From Candidatus Heimdallarchaeota archaeon (GTDB lineage: Archaea > Asgardarchaeota > Heimdallarchaeia > Heimdallarchaeales > Heimdallarchaeaceae): a DNA stretch of 64,000 bases. Positions 9,584 to 18,764 of the stretch are shown one piece after another. The stretch covers positions 224,001-288,000 of the forward strand of contig JAUVXV010000004.1 in NCBI GenBank assembly GCA_030603365.1, given 5' to 3'. The translations under genes and the position numbers were made by a program. Position 1 is the stretch's first letter. Each line of letters begins with the position of its first letter. The notes under the pieces were generated by a model. The model had not been told where the DNA came from. It saw only the letters and a program-made list of their open reading frames with translations, and searched no databases.

Positions 9584-10243
9584 TTAAAAGTGAATTTGAA
9601 AAGCTCTAATGAATTTTTCAGATAAAGTTAGATGTGTTCCACCGACTTGTGTTTTTCTCTTTCGAATTTGTTCAATAACCTCATCGATGTTTCTCACTTC
9701 ATTTTCGAAAACAGTATAAGCCATACCTGTGTCCTTTACCCGGTGTGCATCTGATCCTCCGGTTATAGGTAAATTATTCTGCGCTGCCCATTTTCTTGCT
9801 TTTTCATTAAAATAATCAAATGGAGAGGAACCATTTAGTGTTTCAACAGTGATATCCTTTAAACCATAGATCTTTCTTCCAATTCCTTTTCGGGTAAAAT
9901 CAAAAGGATGGGAAGCGATTGGCAAGCCGTTCAATTCGATAATTCTTTCAACAGTTTCTTCAGTAGATAATCCTTTTTTTACAGATTCTTTAATACCCAG
10001 TCCAATGATATGACCGCTCTTTGTCGAAATCTCTACTCCTGGTAATATAAGTAATCTATCATCTTTGTAATTTTGGTGATGAAACTTTGTAGTATTGTGA
10101 TCTGTAATTGCTAATCCAGATAATTTCATCTGAATTGCTTTTTTTATGATGTCTTTTGGATGACTCTTACAATCCCTAGAATAGTGACTATGTGTGTGGA
10201 GGTCAAAAGTGTATCTTTTCATTTCAGAAGGACCTCTTCTCAA
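9584..10243 (-). CDS. PHP-domain metal-dependent phosphoesterase (start probably ATG 10222)
   Basis: DLHTHS, AITDHN, GVEI, SHPF and GGSDAH motifs. Confidence 0.9.
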   Translation of the reverse strand: MRRGPSEMKRYTFDLHTHSHYSRDCKSHPKDIIKKAIQMKLSGLAITDHNTTKFHHQNYKDDRLLILPGVEISTKSGHIIGLGIKESVKKGLSTEETVERIIELNGLPIASHPFDFTRKGIGRKIYGLKDITVETLNGSSPFDYFNEKARKWAAQNNLPITGGSDAHRVKDTGMAYTVFENEVRNIDEVIEQIRKRKTQVGGTHLTLSEKFIRAFQIHF

Positions 10244-10893
10244 TCTTGATTATCTTGATCTTCTTCTTCAAAAATCAGTCTTTCTAGTTCATCAAGATCT
10301 GTAATTCCAACTAAATCCTCTTCCTTGTCCTGAGAAACCCACAATTTATCTTTGTCTCCCTTTAAATCCCTCATTTTCTCTTCTAGATATTTGTATACAG
10401 TAGACTGCTTTGAACCGTTTATCAATCTGATAATACCCTCACGTATAATCTGTACTTTTCTTTGTTCTGAAATTATTCCAACTGTATTTCCAAAAACAGA
10501 AAGATAACATCCAGCTGTTTGTTCGATGATATGCCTTGTTCGTCCATTTTTTCCTATGAGTCTCGATTTTACTTCTCTTAGCGCATTAGGTGATGTTCCA
10601 ACAAAGTCCCTGAGTTGCAGTAAATCGAATCCAAACCCTGAAATATTTATTTGTAAAGCCTTTTGAGGACTAAATCCTCTACCAATTGCTTTAACCATAT
10701 CTCTAGATTTCCATAAGCTAATTGGATCTTCTAACTCTTCATCTTCAACTATTATAATTACGTCTCCACTTTGGCTGTCAACAAGTATTTTTGTATCTGT
10801 TAGTTCTTCGATCTTTTTCTTTGTGCTCCCCTTAGGACCGATAAGCACTGCAATTCTTTCCAAAGGAATTCGCACGAGAAACTCACTAGGCAT
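10240..10893 (-). CDS. KH-domain pre-rRNA processing protein (Dim2/Pno1/Krr1 family)
   Basis: LIGPKG, AIGRGFSPQKA and RLIGKNGRTR; conserved position after rio1. Confidence 0.92.
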   Translation of the reverse strand: MPSEFLVRIPLERIAVLIGPKGSTKKKIEELTDTKILVDSQSGDVIIIVEDEELEDPISLWKSRDMVKAIGRGFSPQKALQINISGFGFDLLQLRDFVGTSPNALREVKSRLIGKNGRTRHIIEQTAGCYLSVFGNTVGIISEQRKVQIIREGIIRLINGSKQSTVYKYLEEKMRDLKGDKDKLWVSQDKEEDLVGITDLDELERLIFEEEDQDNQD

Positions 10894-10903
10894 TTTATCA
10901 CCA

Positions 10904-11713
10904 TTAAAATTCTATAGACTTTATTTTTGGACTTGGAACTGTTCCAGTTATCTGTTCATAAAGTTCGTCATTTGGTATAACTTCAACTCTAAGAGAACTA
11001 AAATATCTATTTATATTAAGAATATCTCTATACAGAAATACGGGGGCATAAGGGTGCCCTAGAAGTACTGATTGAGAAACGTCGATAATAATTGGTTTCT
11101 TCTTGTAGAATAGAATGTTATACTCACTTAAATCAGCATGTACCATAGTAGCATCTTCATAAAGCTTGAAAAAGAAGTCAATAATATTCGAATAAATATT
11201 GTTTGGTTTACTAAGATTGACATCTTTGAGAAGAGGGGCTGCTTTTTCTTTCTTACCTATAAATTCCATAACTAAAACATTTTTCTCAACTATAATAGGA
11301 ACAGGGACTCTGATTTTTGCATTGTTCATGCGTTTTAGATTTTTATATTCTTTTCTCGCCCAAGTGTAAATAAAGGAATAAGTGCCTTTTTTATACCCTT
11401 TAAATCGTGGATCTCCTTCAACATACATCCAGTTTCTCTTGAATTCAGCTGTTGTGGTACGGTAGATTTTAATCGCTAACTCTTCTTTTTTATAACCAAC
11501 ACCATGATACACGTTAGCCTCTTTTCCAGTTGAAACACAAAAACCGATGTCTTTGATAATCCCTTTATTCATAAGTTTAACAATTAACATACTAGTTTGA
11601 AAATCGAACACACTCTCAATTACTTTAAGGGTATCCCTATCTTTTTCGCGGATACGCTGTTTATCTATTTTGTCATCTATTCTGCCAATTTCTTTGTCTG
11701 ACATTGCCTTCAC
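10904..11713 (-). CDS. rio1: RIO1 serine/threonine kinase
   Basis: STGKEANVY, AIKIY, HADLSEYNIL and IIDVSQS. Confidence 0.95.
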   Translation of the reverse strand: MKAMSDKEIGRIDDKIDKQRIREKDRDTLKVIESVFDFQTSMLIVKLMNKGIIKDIGFCVSTGKEANVYHGVGYKKEELAIKIYRTTTAEFKRNWMYVEGDPRFKGYKKGTYSFIYTWARKEYKNLKRMNNAKIRVPVPIIVEKNVLVMEFIGKKEKAAPLLKDVNLSKPNNIYSNIIDFFFKLYEDATMVHADLSEYNILFYKKKPIIIDVSQSVLLGHPYAPVFLYRDILNINRYFSSLRVEVIPNDELYEQITGTVPSPKIKSIEF

Positions 11714-11859
11714 TGAAATTTATTTTGAGAGTGAGTTTTCGTTTACATAGAGTAAATAATCTAGGGGGCGATTGAACGTTATATACCTTAAAACAATATC
11801 ATATAGAAGCTAAATAAGACTATTGTTGAAGCTTAAAGACAAGTGTAAAGATATTAATC

Positions 11860-12231
11860 TTACAGTACAAAATCTTCAGGAATATGCTTGTTATTAACTA
11901 GCCATCTTACTTCATTCCTACGGAAGCGATGTACGAGTTCACCTTTTGCATCTGGATTCATCCCATAAAATGGCATGATGATTACTATATCCCCTATTCT
12001 GCACCATAGTCTCTTTCTATACTTTCCTGGAATTCTTATTTGTCTTGTAAATCCATCTAGACACTTAACAAGAAGAATACTTGCACCTAAAATTTGGAGA
12101 ACAATACCGAATATCTCTCCTTCCTTTGGAAGTTGAGCTCTGATTGCATCGGAGTCTGCAATAACCCAGTCTTTTGCTCCGGTTCCTTTTGGTCTTTTTC
12201 TTGGCTTTGTCGGTCTTTTCCTATTGCTCAA
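11860..12231 (-). CDS. eif1a: Translation initiation factor aIF-1A (TTG start)
   Basis: GIVLQILG...CLDGFTRQIRIPGKYRKRLWCRIGDIV; head of the aIF1A-rio1-dim2 cluster. Confidence 0.93.
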   Translation of the reverse strand: MSNRKRPTKPRKRPKGTGAKDWVIADSDAIRAQLPKEGEIFGIVLQILGASILLVKCLDGFTRQIRIPGKYRKRLWCRIGDIVIIMPFYGMNPDAKGELVHRFRRNEVRWLVNNKHIPEDFVL

Positions 12232-12362
12232 ACGCTAACCTCAATTTAGAGAACTAACTTAGGTTAAAATAGTTTTTGATTAAAGGAATTCTCAAACATT
12301 TTAAAACATCCAGAACGAAACAAACAAAAAGGATAGAATGAAGAAAGGTTTGAGGTACAGAA

Positions 12363-12773
12363 ATGGACTATAAAGACTTATACGATAGAGCTAGAAATCA
12401 ACTTCCTGAGAAAGTATTTGAACAATCAAGATTAGAAATTCCTAAAATAAGCTCAGTAATTGAAGGAAATAAAACCTTTATCGTAAATATTAGAGATGTT
12501 TTAACTACAATCAATAGAGAAGCTAATCATTTTCTTAAATTCTTTGCAGGAGAGTTAGCAACATCTGTTACTATGGAAGGAGTAAGGGCAGTTTTTGCAG
12601 GAAAACATGCAAAAGTAACACTTCAGAATCTATTAGAGCGATATGTCAAAGAATATGTTATCTGTGGTGAATGCAGTAAACCAGATACAGTTCTTGTCAC
12701 CGAAGTTCGTATTCTAAGGAAGAGATGCGATGCTTGTGGAGCTTCTATGGCAGTAAAACCTCTAAGAAAGTAA
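12363..12773 (+). CDS. eif2b: Translation initiation factor aIF-2 beta subunit
   Basis: Y..LYDRA...R.EIP, ELAT, YVICGECSKPDT and CDACGA zinc ribbon. Confidence 0.95.
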   Translation: MDYKDLYDRARNQLPEKVFEQSRLEIPKISSVIEGNKTFIVNIRDVLTTINREANHFLKFFAGELATSVTMEGVRAVFAGKHAKVTLQNLLERYVKEYVICGECSKPDTVLVTEVRILRKRCDACGASMAVKPLRK

Positions 12774-12785
12774 TATGTAAAAAGA

Positions 12786-13115
12786 GTGTGCATTCATATG
12801 ACTGATTTCTTTATGAAAATAATAGAGCATCCAAGAGAGAAACTCATAGCAGCTTGTGATAAAGAAATCATAGATTTAGAGCTGCTTTTTAATGGAGTTA
12901 AAATTAAAGCAAGTTCCACGTTCTATGGTAAAGAACTCGTAACAGAAAAAGAATTTTTAGACGCAGTTAAATACTGTACCTCAGCTAATGTAATTGGAAT
13001 TAAAATTGTAAAACTACTAGTAAAGAATCGAATGATACACCAGGATGCCGTTTTGTGGATTGAACATCCTGATGATAAGAAGAAGAAGATCGGTCATGCG
13101 ATTCTAATAACTTGA
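12786..13115 (+). CDS. DUF424 family protein
   Basis: IAACDKEI...FYG...ANVIG; usual position between aIF2beta and NMD3. Confidence 0.85.
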   Translation: MCIHMTDFFMKIIEHPREKLIAACDKEIIDLELLFNGVKIKASSTFYGKELVTEKEFLDAVKYCTSANVIGIKIVKLLVKNRMIHQDAVLWIEHPDDKKKKIGHAILIT

Positions 13116-13161
13116 AGATACAAATGCTTATTTTACTGTAAGGGAAGGAATTTACTAGAAG

Positions 13162-14268
13162 GTGATTAAAATTTCGCAAAGAGGTCGTTTTTGTGCAGTA
13201 TGTGGAACCATAACTGGTCCTTTCTTAAACAATCTTTGCGAGACGTGTTATAAAAAAGAACATCCCTTGGATATTGAAATTATTAAAATAATTAATGTAG
13301 AAATTTGTCCTTTATGTGGAAATCTAAAAATACAAGGAACTAATATATCTACATGGAATAAAGAAGAAGGGTTAGAATCTATAGTCCGTGAGGTTGTTAG
13401 AAGGGCTATTATGGAAAAAATTCAAACAGAATTATTTTATGATTGCGAGTTCGAAGATACCATAGAAGAAGATAAAATTATGAACTATGGAGTAAAAGAA
13501 TTTGAGATTCGAACAACTATAACAGCAACTCCATTTGAAGAGTTCTCTAATTTTGAAAAGGAATTCATAACAAGGATAAAATTACTTCGAATGAGCTGTG
13601 GGGAGTGTTCTAAATACAAATCAGGTTATTTTGAAGGTATTTTGCAAATCAGGGCAGATAATAGAAAATTATACGAACGAGAAGTAGAAAGATTAGAAAG
13701 TCATATTGAAAAGATAATGGAAAGATATGCAGAATCTAATATGATGTATTTACTTGATTTTGAAATAGATCAAGATGGAATAACCTGTAAAACTAGTACA
13801 AAATATCTCGCTGAAACTCTTGCTAGAGAAATAAAGAGCATTACAGCTGGAAAGTTATCTGTTGCTTATGAATTGAAAACTATGGCGCGGGATGGTACTG
13901 ATGTTTATCAAAACACCTACCTAGTTAGACTGCCACAATATACTGCTGGAGATATAGTTGAATTTGAACGTATTTTTTGGGTTGTAAAACACATATCTGA
14001 AACAAAAATCAGATTAGAATCACTTGAAAATCGTGAGATAAAGAATTTTGCCAGAAAGATAGTTAAAGACCGTGGATTAAAAAAAAGCGATTCAGTTGTG
14101 AGTCGTGAGTATATGTTTGTTTCCTCTGATGGAATCAATGCCGTAATTATGGCCTTAGATAACTATGAGAATTATGATGATGTGTTAAAGCGCTTACCAC
14201 TAAACAAGGTAGCAGGAGATAACATCAAAGGATTCATCTATGAGGACAAAAACTACTATCTGGAATAG
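13162..14268 (+). CDS. nmd3: NMD3 family ribosome maturation factor
   Basis: FCAVCG, LCETC, CPLCG and CGECSKYKSGYFEGILQIR. Confidence 0.9.
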   Translation: MIKISQRGRFCAVCGTITGPFLNNLCETCYKKEHPLDIEIIKIINVEICPLCGNLKIQGTNISTWNKEEGLESIVREVVRRAIMEKIQTELFYDCEFEDTIEEDKIMNYGVKEFEIRTTITATPFEEFSNFEKEFITRIKLLRMSCGECSKYKSGYFEGILQIRADNRKLYEREVERLESHIEKIMERYAESNMMYLLDFEIDQDGITCKTSTKYLAETLAREIKSITAGKLSVAYELKTMARDGTDVYQNTYLVRLPQYTAGDIVEFERIFWVVKHISETKIRLESLENREIKNFARKIVKDRGLKKSDSVVSREYMFVSSDGINAVIMALDNYENYDDVLKRLPLNKVAGDNIKGFIYEDKNYYLE

Positions 14269-14337
14269 AAACTTACTAGACTTCTGTAAATCAGATAACT
14301 TTTTTACTTATTCATTTTCATTTCTTTTTGACTATAA

Positions 14338-16128
14338 ATGACACAAGAAGACATTGCTTGGGATTTAAGTGAAATGTTCAAAGGAGCAGAAGATCCCCAA
14401 ATAGATGAATCAATGAAGGATTTAGATAAGAGGTCGGAGGAACTTAGCTCAAGATATAAGGGAAAAATAAATACCTCTGATTTCACACCTGCAGATTTAC
14501 TTGAACTTTTTCAGAAACAAGAACTGTTTATGTCCGATCTTTTTGAGTTAAGCCAATTTGCACGATTATCTTTTGCAGGTAATATGACTAAAACAGAATA
14601 CAAAACACTTCAGAACAAAGCAGAAGAATATACAACTAAAATAAGGAAGAAAATTACTTTTCTGGATTTAGAAATCAGTAAGTATGTTTATGAACATGAC
14701 AATGTTTTACAAAATCCCATTCTGACCAATTACAAACACTCACTCGAAAGAATAAAGCGAGCATATCCTCATCAATTGACAGAAATTGAAGAACAAATTA
14801 TATTAGAAAAAGATCAACACGGTATTGTAGCGTGGCAACAACTGCAATCAAAATGGTTGAACACACGCAAATTCAATGTGGAAGTGGAAGGAGAACTCAA
14901 AGTTTTAACTTACGGAGAAGCTAATGGTTTACTTGGTCATCCTGATAAGGCTACAAGGACTTCAGCTAATAAAGCAATTTATGGTTCATTAGGTAGGGAT
15001 CAAGAAATATTCTCCTCTGCCATGAAAAGCATCTGTGGAGATTGGATGAAGATTTCAGAAAGAAGAAAATATGATTCTCCAATGCATCAGAGTTTAATTG
15101 CTAATGATGTTGATAAACAAACTATTGACAACCTTATGGTCGCAATAGAAGAACATGTGGAAATTTATCGAAGATATCTGCGACTAAAAGCAAAATTACT
15201 TGATTTACCAAAACTAGGGTGTGAAGATGTGGTTGCACCTCTTCCAGACTCTCCAAATATTAAGTACACTTGGGAACAAGCTCAAGATATAATACTAGAA
15301 GCTTATGGTAATTTTGATGAGGGTTTCCATTCGACTGTAAAGGATATGTTTGACCGTAATCATATTGATGCAAGTCCTAGATTTGGGAAAAGAAATGGTG
15401 CGTTTTGCTCAACTTGGTATAATGGAAAAACCTCGTATATTTTACAGACCTTTACAGGAGCTTTATCTAATATTTACACTCTAGCTCATGAACTAGGACA
15501 TGCTGTACATGGATACTTAGTCACAAGAGAACAGACTTTCAACAACACTCGCTATCCAATGGTAATAGCTGAAGTAGCTTCTATCTTCGGAGAGTTACTA
15601 GTTACAGATCTTCTATTATCAAAAGCTAAGTCAAACGAAGAGAAAAAGGCTATTTTGAGTAGGGTTTTAGATGGTGCAGGGATGGCTACTTTTCAAGTAA
15701 GTGCAAGAGTTTGGTTTGAGCAGAGCATGTATGAAGCAATAAAAGATGGAAAACTTTTGGATGGAAAAACAATTTCAAAACTTTGGACTACTGCAAGAGA
15801 CAGAATTTATGGAGACGAGGTGGAATGGTTTGAAGAGATGGACTGGGAATGGTCTATGAAACCTCATTATTATAAATCTAATTTCAGGTTCTACAACTAT
15901 CCCTATGTTTTTGCTCAAATGTTTGTTTATGCTATGTACCAATTATATCTTGAAGAAGGAGAAGGTTTCATTCCAAAATTGAAAGAAATCCTCGAATCTG
16001 GCAGCAGCAAATCACCAAAGGAATTTGGAGAGATAATGGGATTAGATATTACTCAACCTAATTTCTGGAAGTTAGGATTAAAGCAATACGAAAGATTTGT
16101 AGATGAACTAGAAAAAATAGTCAGTTGA
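14338..16128 (+). CDS. pepF: M3B oligoendopeptidase F
   Basis: WDLSE, GKRNGAFC, LAHELGHAVH (HEXXH), AEVAS and FYNYPY. Confidence 0.93.
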   Translation: MTQEDIAWDLSEMFKGAEDPQIDESMKDLDKRSEELSSRYKGKINTSDFTPADLLELFQKQELFMSDLFELSQFARLSFAGNMTKTEYKTLQNKAEEYTTKIRKKITFLDLEISKYVYEHDNVLQNPILTNYKHSLERIKRAYPHQLTEIEEQIILEKDQHGIVAWQQLQSKWLNTRKFNVEVEGELKVLTYGEANGLLGHPDKATRTSANKAIYGSLGRDQEIFSSAMKSICGDWMKISERRKYDSPMHQSLIANDVDKQTIDNLMVAIEEHVEIYRRYLRLKAKLLDLPKLGCEDVVAPLPDSPNIKYTWEQAQDIILEAYGNFDEGFHSTVKDMFDRNHIDASPRFGKRNGAFCSTWYNGKTSYILQTFTGALSNIYTLAHELGHAVHGYLVTREQTFNNTRYPMVIAEVASIFGELLVTDLLLSKAKSNEEKKAILSRVLDGAGMATFQVSARVWFEQSMYEAIKDGKLLDGKTISKLWTTARDRIYGDEVEWFEEMDWEWSMKPHYYKSNFRFYNYPYVFAQMFVYAMYQLYLEEGEGFIPKLKEILESGSSKSPKEFGEIMGLDITQPNFWKLGLKQYERFVDELEKIVS

Positions 16129-16174
16129 AATACTATAATCACTTGTATGATTAAGAATGTGATGTGAAACAATT

Positions 16175-16807
16175 ATGAAGTTAAAAGAACTGTATTTTAT
16201 TCAAAAGAAAGATATAGAAAAAGCTACTGAAGTATTAATACGAGCTTTTCATGAAGATCCGCTAATTCAACTAATTTATCCAGATCCTTTGGAGAGAAAG
16301 AGATATTCCTCAGTTCTGTGGAAATTCATGATAAGAGATGGAATAACTTACGGGGAAGTTTATTCCCCTACAAGTAAAATAGAAGGAGTAGCAAAGTGGT
16401 TGCCTCCAGGAAAAGAACATATGGGAATATGGAGAACAATCAGAAGTGGGGGGTTAAAAATGGGTGTTGCTCTTGCAAAACAGAAGGATGAACGAAAACT
16501 TCCCCCTAGAAAAATTCAAGAAATTACAGATTATATTTTACAATCTCATAAAGAATTAATGAAAGAACCTCACTGGTATTTGGCAAATATAGGTGTAGAC
16601 CCAGATCATCAAGGAAAAGGATATGGTAGCAAGTTAATCAAACCTATGTTAGAAAGAATAGAAAAAGAAGGATACTCTGTATTTCTCGAAACAAACTTCG
16701 AAGGAAATGTGAGTTTATATGAACATCTAGGTTTTGAATTAGTAGATGAAATGAAAATTCCTGAAACAGAAATAATAAACTGGGCTATGATTAAGAAGAT
16801 TGAATAA
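16175..16807 (+). CDS. GNAT N-acetyltransferase
   Basis: HWYLANIGVDPDHQGKGYGSKL and LYEHLGF. Confidence 0.9.
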   Translation: MKLKELYFIQKKDIEKATEVLIRAFHEDPLIQLIYPDPLERKRYSSVLWKFMIRDGITYGEVYSPTSKIEGVAKWLPPGKEHMGIWRTIRSGGLKMGVALAKQKDERKLPPRKIQEITDYILQSHKELMKEPHWYLANIGVDPDHQGKGYGSKLIKPMLERIEKEGYSVFLETNFEGNVSLYEHLGFELVDEMKIPETEIINWAMIKKIE

Positions 16808-16865
16808 GCAATAGAATAAAGAAAACCTTAAAAGAACATAAACGAGAAAAAATCGAGCACTGGTC

Positions 16866-16974
16866 GGGGACTTGGCTCAGTCCGGTAGAGTGGTTGGCTC
16901 CAGAGAACATTGCTTAGGCAATGACCACCGAAGAAACCAATTGGTCGGGTGTTCAAATCACCCAGTCCCCACCA
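16866..16974 (+). tRNA. trnW: tRNA-Trp(CCA) with 32-nt intron at 37/38 (16904-16935); CCA end encoded
   Basis: Acceptor stem GGGGACT/AGTCCCC, D arm GCTC/GAGT, anticodon stem GTTGG/CCAAT with CCA at 16900-16902, T arm GGGTG-TTCAAAT-CACCC. Confidence 0.95.
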
Positions 16975-17049
16975 ATAACACTTATTTTTTAGAACTGTTT
17001 ACAGTTAGTTAAGTGCATTCAAAATAGCTCTCAAAATGTATCTTGGTGA

Positions 17050-17103
17050 GTGATGATTTCAAATTGGTTAGATGATAAATATGATTCATCTCTGGAGAAA
17101 TGA
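17050..17103 (+). ncRNA. Box C/D guide sRNA predicted to 2'-O-methylate C34 and C39 of pre-tRNA-Trp
   Basis: C box GTGATGA 17050-56; guide AATTGGTT 17062-69; D' ATGA 17072-75; C' ATGATTC 17081-87; guide TCTCTGGAG 17089-97; D ATGA 17100-03. Both guides are complementary to the adjacent pre-tRNA, with N+5 falling on C39 and C34. Confidence 0.72.
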
Positions 17104-17156
17104 GCTCAACTAATACATGAGAAAAGCTATTTTGATTTCTACTTTTCATACATTAG

Positions 17157-17417
17157 TTATTCCACAAAAATCTTTTCACAACATTTCACAAAAGAATAAG
17201 GCATTTTTCTCTTTTCAGTATCTATCTCCCACATATAGCTGACATATTCTTGTAGTTCCTTTGGTAATAGTTTGAAAAGAGGAGCTAGTAGAGAATAACC
17301 TATTTTTCTTTGTATAATATCATCTGCCTCTAGAAAAACTACAGCATATTTGTAACAGGGAAATTTATCCTTGATTTCTTCTGATTCTAATATCTGCTTA
17401 GAAGCTTCTTCTTTCAT
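17157..17417 (-). CDS. Hypothetical protein
   Basis: 86-aa ATG ORF filling the gap; no recognised motif. Confidence 0.55.
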   Translation of the reverse strand: MKEEASKQILESEEIKDKFPCYKYAVVFLEADDIIQRKIGYSLLAPLFKLLPKELQEYVSYMWEIDTEKRKMPYSFVKCCEKIFVE

Positions 17418-17479
17418 CTACTATTAAATCTTAAAAATAGTATTTAAAGACAAAAGAAGTTAATCAGATTATCTAAAGA

Positions 17480-18316
17480 TCAAACATCTTCCTTCATTTT
17501 TTTCATCATAACCCATAAATGGTGATGAAGCCTATACCCTCTTTTATCACAGAATTCAGATAAACCCTTGTTCCTGTCAAATGTGATCCGCAGATAATCT
17601 TTCGTTTTATATTCGTTTAGTCCAACGATGAAATCATCTAAGTATTCAATATCTGTAATCTCAAAAGGCCTACAACCCGGAAATTCAGGATTAAATCTAC
17701 CATATACCATTAATCCATTTACTGTAAATAATCCAAGTGGGATAGATTCTCCACCACTCAATCCTTTTGTCTTAGGTCTGCTTAGATGAACTCTAAGCTC
17801 TTTACAATTGATGTCTGGAAAAGCTTTGACCATTGTATCAAAGTCCTCAGGAGTTAAGATTCGAATTTCTAGTTTTTCTTTATTTTGATAATTCTCTAGT
17901 ATATTTCCAAACTGTTCTTCATTTATCCAATAGTGCCAAGATTCGAATTGTTTTTCAAATCCATACTTTTTGTAGAGAGAAATAGCTGTATTGTTTTTTG
18001 TTTCAACATATAATCCAATGTTTACAACGTCTTTCTCGCTATAATACTTGATTGCATGTTCCATAAGATTATTTCCATAACCTTTGCCTCTTTCTGATTT
18101 TTCAACTGCTATTTGCCCCAGATGACCATATTCATCCATAAGTAACAATCTTAGATATCCAATCAATTTTCCATCTTTGAATGCACCAATTAAACCTTCG
18201 TCATCAAGTAACTGTAAGAAATTTTCTTTCTGAATATTCTCTCTAGCAAATGCTTCCATAGCTATCTCTTCAAAACTATTCCAATCCTTATCAGTAAACT
18301 TTCGGAAATTCAACAT
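17480..18316 (-). CDS. GNAT N-acetyltransferase (RimI-like N-domain plus C-terminal extension)
   Basis: IAVEKSERGKGYG and NNTAISLYKKYGF. Confidence 0.88.
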   Translation of the reverse strand: MLNFRKFTDKDWNSFEEIAMEAFARENIQKENFLQLLDDEGLIGAFKDGKLIGYLRLLLMDEYGHLGQIAVEKSERGKGYGNNLMEHAIKYYSEKDVVNIGLYVETKNNTAISLYKKYGFEKQFESWHYWINEEQFGNILENYQNKEKLEIRILTPEDFDTMVKAFPDINCKELRVHLSRPKTKGLSGGESIPLGLFTVNGLMVYGRFNPEFPGCRPFEITDIEYLDDFIVGLNEYKTKDYLRITFDRNKGLSEFCDKRGYRLHHHLWVMMKKMKEDV

Positions 18317-18367
18317 AACTTCAACATATAACTAGAAATAAAATAGATTTTGATTTTGAACAGAAGT

Positions 18368-18685
18368 TTATTTCATCTCAAAATCTGTAGCAAATTCAAT
18401 TTCATCATCAGTTACTTCAACCACCATATGGTGTAGTTGTTTATATAATTCAAAATATTGATATCCCCTGTTCGTACCAAGATATAATATGTTCGGACGT
18501 TTCTTAGGGTTTTCTTGTTTTAATATCAACCCTCTAGCTACCATAAATTCAACTAACCCTTTGGCTCGATCAATAGGTAGGTTTGCCCTTCTGGCAATTT
18601 GAGATATGCCTGCCTCACCATAAAATTGCACAACAGAAATTATATCTGCATAGATATCATATCTTGACCTATTAACAGCTGGCAT
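18368..18685 (-). CDS. Winged helix-turn-helix regulator
   Basis: RSRYDIYADII...ISQIARRANL...Y.GTNRG, an archaeal wHTH pattern. Confidence 0.82.
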   Translation of the reverse strand: MPAVNRSRYDIYADIISVVQFYGEAGISQIARRANLPIDRAKGLVEFMVARGLILKQENPKKRPNILYLGTNRGYQYFELYKQLHHMVVEVTDDEIEFATDFEMK

Positions 18686-18721
18686 TTTGATGACCTATAT
18701 TGTTTAGAAAAAAGGGGAATA

Positions 18722-18748
18722 TTAAGTCTCCGATTTTCAGAGACTTAA
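18722..18748 (-). terminator. Hairpin followed by a T-tract downstream of the beta-helix gene
   Basis: TTAAGTCTC (18722-30) / GAGACTTAA (18740-48) inverted repeat; CCCCTTTTTT follows on the - strand. Confidence 0.5.
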
Positions 18749-18764
18749 ATTGTTGCTTCTCCTC

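Noticed and set aside
16898-16933. Idea that intron GAAG (perfect partner for CUUC) implies C34-to-U editing and a UGA-decoding tRNA
   Set aside because: TGA serves as a normal stop for several genes here, and the neighbouring guide RNA pairs G with C34. A relaxed BHB is the simpler explanation.
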